A stretch of DNA of 61,613 nucleotides, counting the filler, from an uncultured Clostridia bacterium (GTDB lineage Bacteria > CAYTYR01 > UBA6262): the NCBI GenBank assembly GCA_964441745.1. It is 5 parts of 5 records of this genome, joined end to end, with 100 filler letters (N's around TTAATTAATTAA, not from the genome) between each part and the next. Parts side by side here need not be neighbours in the genome. Positions count along the whole stretch, not along the records: positions 19,111 to 35,644 come from CAYTYR010000032.1; positions 35,745 to 48,474 come from CAYTYR010000034.1; 3 more parts are not named here. One strand, 5' to 3'. Shown piece after piece: positions 25,846-35,821 of this stretch. Position 1 is the first letter of the stretch, and every line of letters starts with the position of its first letter. Below the pieces are notes generated by a model. That model worked only from the letters and a program-made list of their open reading frames with translations. It was not told the origin of the DNA and ran no database searches. Both the position numbers and the translations under genes were made by a program.

Positions 25846-27108
25846 ATGGCTTTTAAAAATAGTATCAGTGCGAAAGATATAGTTGTCATTGGCGGCGGAC
25901 CGGCCGGGATGATGGCAGCTGGCCGGGCGGCTGAGCTTGGCGCAAAAGTATTGTTGTTGGAGAAAACCAGTCAGTTAGGAACTAAATTACTGCTGACTGG
26001 CGGCGGCCGGTGTAATATCACCAATAATGCCGGATTCAAGGAATTTATTAGGGCCTTTGGAAAAAACGGCAAATTCCTGTATCGGGCGTTGCATGTCTTT
26101 TCAAACCTGGATCTCATCGATTTCTTTTCCACCCGGGGATTACCTTTGCGGACAGATCCTGATGGCAAAGTTTTCCCGGTGACTGACAGTGCTGAAAGCG
26201 TCCTGAAAGTTTTACGAGAGTATATACAGCATAATAGTGTTCAGGTCTGGCCTAACCTGGCTGTGAACAGGATCATTTGCCAGGATCGCCAGGTTACTGG
26301 TTTGGAAACCGCTGATGGCCGGATAATAACCTGCGGCCAGGTGATCATGGCCACCGGAGGGATGTCCTATCCTAAGACCGGTTCCTCCGGTGACGGATAC
26401 CAGCTGGCGCGGCACTGTGGACACACTATTACTACTTTAAAACCAGGTCTCATCCCTCTCGAATCAGATGAGAAATTCATTCTTGAACTGCCTGGTTTGA
26501 CCTTGAAACATATCCTTATTTCCGTAATGATAGACGGTAAGGTAAAAGCTTCAGCTCAAGGAGACTTGCTGTTTACGCATTTCGGCGTATCCGGTCCGAC
26601 AGTGCTGATTTTGAGCGGGTTAGCCGTAGATGCCCTGGAAAAGGGAAAGACAGTAGAGCTTTCCCTGCATTTACTGCCGGAATACAGTGATGCAGATTTT
26701 GAACAGTATCTCCAGGAGGAATGGGACAGGCGCGGGGCAAAGACTTTTGCCAGCTATGTGCAGGATATTTTACCTGATTCCCTGGCTCCGGTTTTTGTAC
26801 GCCGTTGTGGAATCCTGCCGGGAAAAAAGTGCAGTATCATCACCCGGGAAGAACGGAAGATCATTGCCCGGTGTTTTACTGATTTCAGGATACATATCAC
26901 CAGTCCCCGGCCGATTGCAGAAGCCACAGTGACGCGGGGCGGAGTAGCCTTGAAAGAAATAGATCCCCAAGCGATGGAGTCCCGGAAAGTAAAAGGATTA
27001 TATTTCTGCGGGGAAATGATAGATTTAGACGGCCTGACCGGCGGGTACAATTTGCAGGAAGCTTTTTCCACCGGATACCTGGCCGGGATGAAAGCAGCCG
27101 GACAGTAA
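25846..27108 (+). CDS. HI0933/BaiN-family flavoprotein
   Basis: IGGGPAGMMAA, GGGRCNITN, LFTHFGVSGP, VTRGGV, TGGYNLQ.AFSTG. Confidence 0.92.
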   Translation: MAFKNSISAKDIVVIGGGPAGMMAAGRAAELGAKVLLLEKTSQLGTKLLLTGGGRCNITNNAGFKEFIRAFGKNGKFLYRALHVFSNLDLIDFFSTRGLPLRTDPDGKVFPVTDSAESVLKVLREYIQHNSVQVWPNLAVNRIICQDRQVTGLETADGRIITCGQVIMATGGMSYPKTGSSGDGYQLARHCGHTITTLKPGLIPLESDEKFILELPGLTLKHILISVMIDGKVKASAQGDLLFTHFGVSGPTVLILSGLAVDALEKGKTVELSLHLLPEYSDADFEQYLQEEWDRRGAKTFASYVQDILPDSLAPVFVRRCGILPGKKCSIITREERKIIARCFTDFRIHITSPRPIAEATVTRGGVALKEIDPQAMESRKVKGLYFCGEMIDLDGLTGGYNLQEAFSTGYLAGMKAAGQ

Positions 27109-27140
27109 AAGAAACATAATAACGCATAACAGGGAGATTC

Positions 27141-28214
27141 GTGAGTTTAAAATTTAAGGACCTCAATATTGGTGGATTAATAATTGACCTGCCGTTAATA
27201 CAAGGCGGAATGGGAGTGAGAGTATCTAACTCTTCCCTGGTTTCAGCTGTGTCTAATGAAGGGGCTTTGGGCGTGATCGCTGCCGTTGGTTTGGGCGAAG
27301 AGGGCGATGAAATTGGCGCTAATTATGTCGAACGGTCGCGCACGGCCTTTATTAAGAGCATACAAGAGACCAGGAAGCTGACCAAGAAACCATTTGGCGT
27401 GAATATCATGTGCGCCTTGGGTAACTATGATGACCTGGTCAACGCGGCACAGGAAGAAAACGTGGATGTGATAATTTCCGGCGCTGGGTTGCCCCTGAAA
27501 TTACCTTCATTGGTCAAGAACAATAAAACCAAATTGGTGCCGATCGTCTCCTCCGGGAGAGCGGCGGTTCTTATTTGCAAAACCTGGGAAAGAAGATATA
27601 AGCGGCTGCCAGATGCTATTGTTGTAGAAGGTCCTTTAGCCGGAGGGCACTTGGGTTACAGCCTGGAAGAATTGCAAGACAGTGAAAATTTCAACCTGGA
27701 TAAGATCCTGAAAGAAGTACTGGCTACAGTCAAGGCTTTTGAAACCAATGAGCATCAGATCCCGGTCATCGCGGCCGGCGGCATTTTTGACGGTAAAGAT
27801 ATCGCCCGGGTCATGAACCTGGGGGCCAGCGGCGTGCAGATGGCCACCAGGTTTGTCTGTACTAATGAATGCGACGTCTCGCTCAAATATAAAGAAGTAT
27901 ATTTAGCGGCCAAAGAAGAAGATATCATTATTATCAAAAGCCCGGTGGGCATGCCTGGCCGGGTCATCAACAGTGAATTCGTCAGCAGGATCAATAGCGG
28001 CGAGAAAATGGATATCGGCTGCAAGTATCAGTGCCTGGTAACCTGTGACCCGGCTAAAGTGAATTACTGCATAGCCAAAGCCCTGCTTAACGCGGCCCGG
28101 GGAGACATGGATAAAGGATTTGCCATGGCGGGAAGCAATGCCAGCCGGATCAATAAAATAGTCTCGGTCAAGGAATTGATCGCGGAACTGGTGGAAGAAG
28201 TGCGCCGGTCCTAA
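27141..28214 (+). CDS. Nitronate monooxygenase/FabK-like flavoenzyme
   Basis: IQGGMGV, SGAGLP, EGPLAGGHLG, AAGGI, GVQMATRF, C-terminal Cys cluster. Confidence 0.88.
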   Translation: MSLKFKDLNIGGLIIDLPLIQGGMGVRVSNSSLVSAVSNEGALGVIAAVGLGEEGDEIGANYVERSRTAFIKSIQETRKLTKKPFGVNIMCALGNYDDLVNAAQEENVDVIISGAGLPLKLPSLVKNNKTKLVPIVSSGRAAVLICKTWERRYKRLPDAIVVEGPLAGGHLGYSLEELQDSENFNLDKILKEVLATVKAFETNEHQIPVIAAGGIFDGKDIARVMNLGASGVQMATRFVCTNECDVSLKYKEVYLAAKEEDIIIIKSPVGMPGRVINSEFVSRINSGEKMDIGCKYQCLVTCDPAKVNYCIAKALLNAARGDMDKGFAMAGSNASRINKIVSVKELIAELVEEVRRS

Positions 28215-28229
28215 GGATATATTGAGATC

Positions 28230-30101
28230 ATGATCAAAGTTGAAGGGCTTTCTAAATCGTTTGGCGGCCAGGTTCTTTTTAATGATTTAAGCTTTACGAT
28301 CAGTCCGGGGGAAAAGATCGGCTTGGTGGGCAGGAATGGTTTTGGCAAGACCACCTTGCTGCAAATGCTCCTGGGACAGGTCGAACCTGATGCCGGTGAA
28401 ATTTCTATACCTCGAAATTACCGCTTTGGTTATCTGCAACAACAAATACATTTTACCCAGCCAACAGTGATTAAAGAAGCCGGTCTGGGCTTATGTGAAG
28501 ATGTATCCTTAAACAGCTGGAAAGTAGAAAAAGTGCTGGCCGGTCTGGGCTTTGCCAGGGAAGACTTGCAGCGTCATCCGCAAGAATTCTCCGGAGGATA
28601 CCAGATCAGGTTGAACCTGGCCAAAATACTGGTCTCTGCGCCCGACTTGTTATTGCTGGATGAACCGAACAACTACCTGGATATTATCGCCATCCGCTGG
28701 CTGATCAATTTCCTGAAAAACTGGAAAAAGGAATTAGCGCTCATTACCCACGACCGCCTTTTTATGGATGAAGTTACCACCCATACCATGATCATTCACC
28801 GCCAGCGGGTACGCAAGGTCAGGGGTGGTACGCAAAAAGTTTACCAGCAGATAGCCCTGGAAGAAGCGGTTCACGAGAAGACCCGCGTCAATGAGGAGAA
28901 AAAACGGAAGCAGTTGGAAGTTTTCATCAGCCGGTTCCGGGCGAAAGCCCGGTTGGGCGGTTTAGTACAATCGCGGGTGAAAATGCTGGCCAAGAAAGAA
29001 CAGCTGGAAGAACTGGGGAAAGTAGAAAACCTGGAATTTTCATTCCGTACAGCCGATTTTCCGGCGGCGCAAATGCTGGCGGCGCATAATTTATCTTTTT
29101 CTTACGATCAAAGCGCGCCCTGGCTCATGGATAAGCTTTCCTTCAATGTTGGCCGTAAAGAACGGATCTGCGTGATCGGCAAAAACGGCAAGGGCAAATC
29201 AACGCTATTACGGATCATCGCCGGGGAATTAAAGCTCTGCGGCGGGACGATCAAGCAGCATCCGGTATTAAAAACAGCTTTTTTCGGACAGACCAATTTA
29301 ACTCAATTAAATGAGCAGAAAACCGTCTTTGAAGAGATCATGAGCGCTGATGCTGACCTTTTGCCGCAGCAAGCCCGCAGTATTTGCGGCGGGATGATGT
29401 TCGGCGGGGATTTGGCCCTGAAACAAGTCAATGTCCTGTCAGGCGGGGAAAGAAGCAGGGTACTCTTAGGAAAATTGCTGGCTACTCCCAGCCATTTATT
29501 ACTCTTAGATGAACCCACTAACCATTTAGACCTGGAATCATGCGAATCATTGCTGGAGGCGATCGATGAATTTCCCGGTTCAGTAATGATGGTAACCCAT
29601 AACGAGCTGTATCTGCACAGGTTAGCAACCAGGTTGATTGTCTTTGACCGTGGCCAAGCTACTGTTTTTGAAGGTACCTACCAGGACTTTTTGGACAAGG
29701 TTGGCTGGGAGAATGAAGAAGTTGACTTGCGTAATCATTCGGCAGGTGGCGGACGGCAGACGGCGGTTAGAACAAATAAAGAAGATCAAAAAACTATTAA
29801 AGTAAAAAAAGCTCTGCTGGTGCAGGAAAAGTCCCGGGTCTTAAGGCCGCTGGAACAGGAAATGAAGACACTGGAAACAACTATCGCCGCTCTGGAAAAG
29901 GAACTGCATGACTGCACAGAAGCCTTGATCCAGGCGTCAACAGCGGGAAATGGCGCGGCTATTGCCGAATTATCCAGGCAGTCACACCGCTTGCGTCCCG
30001 AAATCGAGAATTATTATCACCGCTTGGATAAACTGCTGGCGCAGCATGAAAGCAAAAGCCAGGAATACAAAGAGAAACTGGAAAAAATATTAGAAAATTA
30101 A
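28230..30101 (+). CDS. ABC-F family ATPase
   Basis: Two NBDs ([38 protein letters not shown]), no TM, C-terminal coiled coil. Confidence 0.92.
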   Translation: MIKVEGLSKSFGGQVLFNDLSFTISPGEKIGLVGRNGFGKTTLLQMLLGQVEPDAGEISIPRNYRFGYLQQQIHFTQPTVIKEAGLGLCEDVSLNSWKVEKVLAGLGFAREDLQRHPQEFSGGYQIRLNLAKILVSAPDLLLLDEPNNYLDIIAIRWLINFLKNWKKELALITHDRLFMDEVTTHTMIIHRQRVRKVRGGTQKVYQQIALEEAVHEKTRVNEEKKRKQLEVFISRFRAKARLGGLVQSRVKMLAKKEQLEELGKVENLEFSFRTADFPAAQMLAAHNLSFSYDQSAPWLMDKLSFNVGRKERICVIGKNGKGKSTLLRIIAGELKLCGGTIKQHPVLKTAFFGQTNLTQLNEQKTVFEEIMSADADLLPQQARSICGGMMFGGDLALKQVNVLSGGERSRVLLGKLLATPSHLLLLDEPTNHLDLESCESLLEAIDEFPGSVMMVTHNELYLHRLATRLIVFDRGQATVFEGTYQDFLDKVGWENEEVDLRNHSAGGGRQTAVRTNKEDQKTIKVKKALLVQEKSRVLRPLEQEMKTLETTIAALEKELHDCTEALIQASTAGNGAAIAELSRQSHRLRPEIENYYHRLDKLLAQHESKSQEYKEKLEKILEN

Positions 30102-30116
30102 TAATAGGGAGGGGTT

Positions 30117-30344
30117 ATGAAAACAAAGCTGCTTAAGATCGTCAATATTATCTTGGGCTTATCATTCCTGGCCCAGACAGTATCAGTAGTATTTATGGTA
30201 TTAGATAAGGCGCCGGGATGGCTATATAAATTTCATGCCATTAACGGTATAGTTTTTATCATCTTGGCCTTTACCCATATAACGCTAAACTGGGCCTGGA
30301 TCAGGATTAATTTCTTTAAAAAGAAAGAGAATGTAATAAAATGA
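30117..30344 (+). CDS. Small membrane protein (DUF4405-like, two His)
   Basis: H...G..F..L...H..LNW.WI motif. Confidence 0.65.
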   Translation: MKTKLLKIVNIILGLSFLAQTVSVVFMVLDKAPGWLYKFHAINGIVFIILAFTHITLNWAWIRINFFKKKENVIK

Positions 30345-31807
30345 AGAAAATAGCCATAATAGGGGCCGGGATCGGCGGTCTGGTAGCTGGTAACCTATTA
30401 GCAAAAAAAGGCCATAAAGTCACCATTTTTGAAGCGCACAGCGCGCCTGGCGGTTATACCGCGGGGTTCTGGCGTAATGGTTTCTATTTTGAAAGCGGGA
30501 CCTTTTCCTTTGAATCTTTAGACCTCGTCAGCAAGGTAATGCGTGAGATCGGGGTGCAGGACAAGATCGAGTTTGTCCGCCAAAGAACCCGGATGAAGTC
30601 AGAAGATTTTGATGCCACGCCTGAATCCTATGACCAGCTGAAAGAAATGCATTTTAAAGCTTATCCCGCGGAAAAAGAAGCGCTGGAAAGATTTTTTTCT
30701 GCCGTTGATAAACTAGTGACAGGTATCCGGCCATTGATGCTCCGGTCCAGTATGTGGGCTAAGATAGCCGCAGGGACACAATTTTTGTTTTTATATAATC
30801 AATATAAAAACGTGACCATGAGCCAGTTTGTCGTAAAATATTTTAACAAGGACACGAAATTATACCGCTACTGGATGAATATGGCCTATCCCGAAATGGC
30901 TGCCTGGATGATCGGCGGTGCGATCGTTTCCTTTATCGAGGATTACTGGACAATTAAAGGCGGCATGCAATCGTGGGCTGATACCCTGGCTGATAATTTT
31001 AAAAAGCTGGGTGGGGAGATCAAGCTGAACACCTATATCGATAAAATAATCACTATTGATGATAAAGCAACTGGCGTAGCCAGCGGCCAGGAGATATTTG
31101 CTGCTGATGAAGTGATCTCAGCCTGCGATTACAAAAAAACATTCCTGAAACTATTAGACAACCAGTCGTTACTGCCGCTAGAACTAAGGCGCAGGATTGA
31201 AAGGTCTGCGGTCAGCGAAAGCTTTGTCATGGTTTATTTAGGATTAAGAGTAAGCAATGAAAAACTGCTGGCCATGATCAAATGCCCGCATCTTTCCTTT
31301 TTTGATGAAAAGCCTGGCCTGGATATTACTGATGATGCTGATGAGCATTATTTTGAGAAGACCTCGATCGGTATATATTCGCCTTCGCTGCTGGATCAGC
31401 AGCTGGCGCCTGAAGGCAAATCAACGCTCATGCTCGCGGCGATGGCTCCTCCGGAGTGGATGGAGAACTGGGGTTGTGCCGACAAGCAAAGATATCTGAT
31501 CCTGAAAGAATTTGCGAAAAAAGCCATAATTGATAAAGCGGAAAAAATAATCCCGGGATTAAGGACGATGATCGAATATGAAGATGCGGCTACGCCGCTG
31601 ACCTATGAACGTTTTACTCATAATACTGGCGGAGCATCCTCAGCGTGGAGCTGGAACCCGGAAAAGAAATTCTACCCCAATACCCTGGGTACAAATATTC
31701 ATACACCGGTGCGGAACTTGCATATCGGCTCCTGCTGGGCCAGCCAGATGGGTGGTATCCCTGGCGCGGTCAACGCCGCTGTCAAATGCGCCAAAAAAAT
31801 AGGGTAG
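30341..31807 (+). CDS. Phytoene desaturase-like FAD oxidoreductase
   Basis: IIGAGIGGL, E....PGG, ATPLTYERFT.N..G, TPVRNL...W...GG.PG. Confidence 0.85.
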   Translation: MKKIAIIGAGIGGLVAGNLLAKKGHKVTIFEAHSAPGGYTAGFWRNGFYFESGTFSFESLDLVSKVMREIGVQDKIEFVRQRTRMKSEDFDATPESYDQLKEMHFKAYPAEKEALERFFSAVDKLVTGIRPLMLRSSMWAKIAAGTQFLFLYNQYKNVTMSQFVVKYFNKDTKLYRYWMNMAYPEMAAWMIGGAIVSFIEDYWTIKGGMQSWADTLADNFKKLGGEIKLNTYIDKIITIDDKATGVASGQEIFAADEVISACDYKKTFLKLLDNQSLLPLELRRRIERSAVSESFVMVYLGLRVSNEKLLAMIKCPHLSFFDEKPGLDITDDADEHYFEKTSIGIYSPSLLDQQLAPEGKSTLMLAAMAPPEWMENWGCADKQRYLILKEFAKKAIIDKAEKIIPGLRTMIEYEDAATPLTYERFTHNTGGASSAWSWNPEKKFYPNTLGTNIHTPVRNLHIGSCWASQMGGIPGAVNAAVKCAKKIG

Positions 31808-31837
31808 ATATAATATTTATTAAGGAAGTAGTAGAGA

Positions 31838-32206
31838 ATGGCGAAGAAAATATTGATTATAGAAGACGAAAAAATATTGGTCCAGCTGCTGGCTAGCGGG
31901 TTGCAGCATGATGGATATCAGGTAGGAGCAGCTTTTGATGCCAATCAAGGCACTATGAGTGTAATCCGGGAAAAACCGGATCTGGTCCTATTAGATATCA
32001 TGATGCCCGCAGGAAGCGGGCTGGATGTATTGAACAAATTAAGGGCAAACACCAAAACATCCACTATTCCTGTGATTGTCATGACCGCCAGGTCAGATAA
32101 TGAAACCAAAGAGGCTGCAGAAAAGTTGGGGATTTCCGGATATTTTGTAAAGGGCGGGGATTCAGCCGAACTTATGGCCAAAATAAAAGAAGTCCCTGGT
32201 GGCTGA
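31838..32206 (+). CDS. Single-domain response regulator
   Basis: ILIIEDE, PDLVLLDIMMP, MTA, K. Confidence 0.88.
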   Translation: MAKKILIIEDEKILVQLLASGLQHDGYQVGAAFDANQGTMSVIREKPDLVLLDIMMPAGSGLDVLNKLRANTKTSTIPVIVMTARSDNETKEAAEKLGISGYFVKGGDSAELMAKIKEVPGG

Positions 32207-32424
32207 CGTACAGCTTTGATAATCCTTTACGCCGCTTGATCCATAAACCGGAAAAGATCCTGTCTGAGCTGGTAAAGTCTGGAATGACGGTGATGGATGT
32301 TGGCTGTGGTTTTGGCTTTTTCAGTATCGCTATGGCCAGGCCCGATGAATACCGAAAATTCACAATTGACCAAATTGGATACCAAAGAGAATTAGCAAAT
32401 ATCAAAAATCTTGTAATAGATTAA
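32194..32424 (+). pseudogene. SAM methyltransferase remnant fused to an unrelated tail
   Basis: PWWLTYSFDNPLRRLIHKPEKIL...VMDVGCGFGFFSIAMA then abrupt change of sequence. Confidence 0.65.
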
Positions 32425-32475
32425 CCAACTGTGAATTTGCGAAATTCACAGTTGGGGTTTGCGGTGGAGGGGAAA

Positions 32476-34266
32476 GTGAATTTGCGAGGTAGATTGCGTA
32501 TTGGCGATGACTGGAACGCGATAACCATTATCGCCTTGTCTCAGAATAATCCGCTTAAAGCTATCGCTGAATTTGTGGAAAACAGTATTGACGCCCAGGC
32601 GCGGCATGTTACTATTATCCGCGGTAAGGAAAAAGGACAGCAGTATCTTAAAATTATCGATGACGGGAATGGTATTCCTTGCGCCCAAGATGGCTTGCCG
32701 GATTTCAAGTATGTAGCCACTCATATCTGCGATTCCCTTAAAAGCAGACTAAAAGAACAGGGCGCTTTGGGCATTCAGGGAGAATTTGGTATTGGGTTGC
32801 TTAGCTTCTGGACAGTAGGTCATAAACTCACCGTTATTTCTTCCAACTCTGAAGGCAAGACTTATCAAATGATCATGGAAAAGGGCAAGCCTGGTTTCAG
32901 TATCAGTGCCCATCCGCACCTTATACCAAATAAAGGAACGCAGTTGATCATTTCACCGTTATTGGTCGGAACACGTTTAATTAATGGCGAAAAAATTCAA
33001 CGTTATCTGGCCGCTGAGCTGAGAGATAGAATCAAACATTCCGGTGTAAGGATAAAAGTAATTGACCGAATCTGCCGCCTGGAGTATGAAGTCAAGCCGC
33101 GAGAGTATTCCGGCCAGCTTCTGCATAATCTCCCGCCGGTGACGACACTTTTTGGCGACATCTACCTGGAATTATATCTTAATGAAAAAAAGCCGGAAAA
33201 TAAGATCAGCCTGTTTCGTTGCGGCACCCGGGTTTTGCCGGATATCAGCATATTGGAAGAATTCAATGGATTGCCCTGGCAAAGCGGCTATTTTGCCGGT
33301 ATCATGGATGCGCCATTTCTGCATCTGACACCAGGTACCAGGGATGGATTTATCCGTGACGAAAAATACGTTGAATTCTGCGCGGCGATGAACATTGTCA
33401 GGGAACAATTAGCGGTAATAGCCGGGGAACAGGAAAGAGCGGAAGAAGAGAATGCCAGCAGGAATATTTTGCGTTCAGTGCAGAATGCCATCAAAGAAGC
33501 GGTATTGGCTTTGCCTCCGGAGGACTATGACTGGTTCAATCTGCATGAAACGATAAAAAAGGAAAAACTAAACGTTGATTCTGATCAGGAAAATCCAATT
33601 GACGGCACTGAGACTGTCCCAGCGTCAGTACAAAAAATAATCGAAGACCAGATTGGCCAGAAACGATTTTTTGAATTCACCGGCCCATTGTTCAGCGCTA
33701 GAATACAACCAGCTTCCACTTTAGTACAGGCTGGGACAACTAAGACTTTTCGGGCAGTCGGTTTGGACCGTAAACGCCGCACAATCGAAGAAAATTTATC
33801 TTTTTCCTGGGAAATCAGTGAAGGCAATGGAAGTTTGGATAAAAATGAGGGCGAAATAGTATCATTCACTGGCCCGGCTGAACTTGGAATATGTCGTCTC
33901 AAGGTTAATGTCCGGCAGGGAGAAACTGTCTGTGAAGCGGAAACGGTTATTACTATTGTGGAGATACTGATAAAATCATCCATTATTGGGGATTCGTTTT
34001 CCCAGGGATTGCCAGGTTATACTTTAGAAAGTACGCCTGGAAAACCCTGGCGTTCTCATTACGATCAGGAACGCAATCTCGTTATTATCAATAACGGCCA
34101 TCGCGATTTTCTTTATGTCAGGGGTGAAAAGGCGTGCAAATTACGTTATATCTGTCGTCTCTTTGCCAAAGAACTGATTTTACAAAACTTCCCCGGACTA
34201 TCTCCTGACCAGCTGCTGGAGCGTCTGGTGGAATTGTCTATGTACACAGAAGAAAACCTGAAGTAA
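32476..34266 (+). CDS. GHKL (HATPase_c_3/MORC-like) ATPase with Ig-like domain
   Basis: AEFVENSIDA, IIDDGNG, G.FGIG, GT motifs; GGAGG RBS before GTG 32476. Confidence 0.8.
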   Translation: MNLRGRLRIGDDWNAITIIALSQNNPLKAIAEFVENSIDAQARHVTIIRGKEKGQQYLKIIDDGNGIPCAQDGLPDFKYVATHICDSLKSRLKEQGALGIQGEFGIGLLSFWTVGHKLTVISSNSEGKTYQMIMEKGKPGFSISAHPHLIPNKGTQLIISPLLVGTRLINGEKIQRYLAAELRDRIKHSGVRIKVIDRICRLEYEVKPREYSGQLLHNLPPVTTLFGDIYLELYLNEKKPENKISLFRCGTRVLPDISILEEFNGLPWQSGYFAGIMDAPFLHLTPGTRDGFIRDEKYVEFCAAMNIVREQLAVIAGEQERAEEENASRNILRSVQNAIKEAVLALPPEDYDWFNLHETIKKEKLNVDSDQENPIDGTETVPASVQKIIEDQIGQKRFFEFTGPLFSARIQPASTLVQAGTTKTFRAVGLDRKRRTIEENLSFSWEISEGNGSLDKNEGEIVSFTGPAELGICRLKVNVRQGETVCEAETVITIVEILIKSSIIGDSFSQGLPGYTLESTPGKPWRSHYDQERNLVIINNGHRDFLYVRGEKACKLRYICRLFAKELILQNFPGLSPDQLLERLVELSMYTEENLK

Positions 34267-34288
34267 ATAGAGTCTTAAGAGAGTCTTA

Positions 34289-35363
34289 GGGACAAGATGA
34301 CAAGATATTGACTTCGGGAAAGATTTTTGATAATACACGCATAGGCCCAGGAATAGAAGATTAGAAAGACCCGGAGCTTTATACCATATCATAGTGCGCG
34401 GCCTCGAGCGCCGGAAAATATTCAGCGATAATGATGACCGGGCAGAGTTTTTACGGCGCTTAGCTAAAGCACTGGGAAAATCCGGCAGCCATTGTCACGC
34501 GTGGGTCCTCAGGCCGAATCATTTTCACCTATTGATTCAGACCGGCAAGAAACCAATAAGTGATCTTATGCGCAGTCTCATGAGCGGTTACGCGGGTTAT
34601 TTTAACCGGAAATACCACCGTAGCGGATATTTGGTCAAAACCGATATAAAACAATCCTCTGCCAGCAAGATGCCTATTATAAAGAGTTGGTGAGGTATAT
34701 ACACCTCAACCCTTTAGTTAGCAGCTTGGTCAAGACCATGGATGAGCTGAATAAGTATCCCTGGAGCGGACATGCCGTCCTTATGGGGAAAGCCAAAAGA
34801 GAGTGGTATCATGAAGATGAAGTGCTTTCCTATTTTGGAAGAACAGAAGCCAACGCGCAGAGAGACTATTTAACCTTTATTCAAGATGGCCTGGCAATGG
34901 GCCGGCGGCAGGATTTGACCGGTGGGGGATTAAAGCGCAGCGCTGGAGGCTGGGCTGGTATAAAAGCCTTAAAGAAGATGAATACCCGCTGGCAAGGAGA
35001 TGAAAGAATCCTGGGAGATGGGGATTTTGTAAGTGCGGTGATAAAAGAATGGGAAGAAGATATAGAGAGTGCAGAAAAGATGCAAAGAGCAGGGTGGAAT
35101 ATAGAAAAACTGGCAGATCATGTATGTCAGCTCTTTAAGATCAAGAAGGAAGAGATAGAAAAAAAAGGGGAAAACAATCAGATTGCCCACGCTAAGGGAT
35201 TAATAGCCTATTGGGGGAAGCAAAAGCTGGGACTAAGCGGGGTAGCGATAGGGAAGAAATTAGGATTGAGCCGGCCGGCAGTATCATTGTTGGCGGCACA
35301 GGGTGAGAAGTTAGTAAAAGAAAAGCATTATAACGTGACATCTTGACAACGTTGTATGTCCCC
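34289..35363 (+). mobile_element. Decayed REP-associated tyrosine (Y1/HUH) transposase with C-terminal HTH
   Basis: PR..R...PGALYHIIVRG.ERR.IF, PNHFHLL (HUH), QNRYK..L..RYIHLNP, YPWS; AGG where ATG expected at 34343, frameshift near 34634. Confidence 0.8.
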
Positions 35364-35414
35364 AAAGTCATGATTTATGTTATGGCTTACAGTTCGAAAT
35401 TAAAGGAAATTTAG

Positions 35415-35591
35415 ATGGATAAAGATATAAACAAAACACCTAACGCATATATTTCATCTACTATTGGCTCATTATTATCAGATGATACTCCGGATCTGAA
35501 ATATGTGCCGGGGGATTATCTAGTTCAAATACTTGGAGAAAGAGATAAAAGGCGAATTAGCCTGATGCCATTTACGCCCAAACAAAAAATT
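35415..35591 (+). pseudogene. Hypothetical gene 5' fragment cut by an IS end
   Basis: AAGGA RBS + ATG; frame runs into IS IR at 35592. Confidence 0.45.
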
Positions 35592-35644
35592 GGGTCTTCT
35601 CCTTTTCAAGTGGATGAATAAATCTACTATATAGACGGTAAAAC
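35592..35644 (+). mobile_element. IS end (variant B) at contig break
   Basis: GGGTCTTCTCCTTTTCAAGTGGATGAAT IR; matches 18957 and inverted 19134-19161. Confidence 0.8.
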
Positions 35645-35744
35645 NNNNNNNNNNNNNNNNNNNNNNNNNNNNNNNNNNNNNNNNNNNNTTAATTAATTAA
35701 NNNNNNNNNNNNNNNNNNNNNNNNNNNNNNNNNNNNNNNNNNNN
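35645..35744. other. Artificial contig linker
   Basis: N44-TTAATTAATTAA-N44. Confidence 0.98.
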
Positions 35745-35821
35745 AAATAAATCCGAAACACTAAATTCCAATATTAAAACGTTTAGAAATTTGATATTGT
35801 TTAGCATTTAGAAATTAGGAT

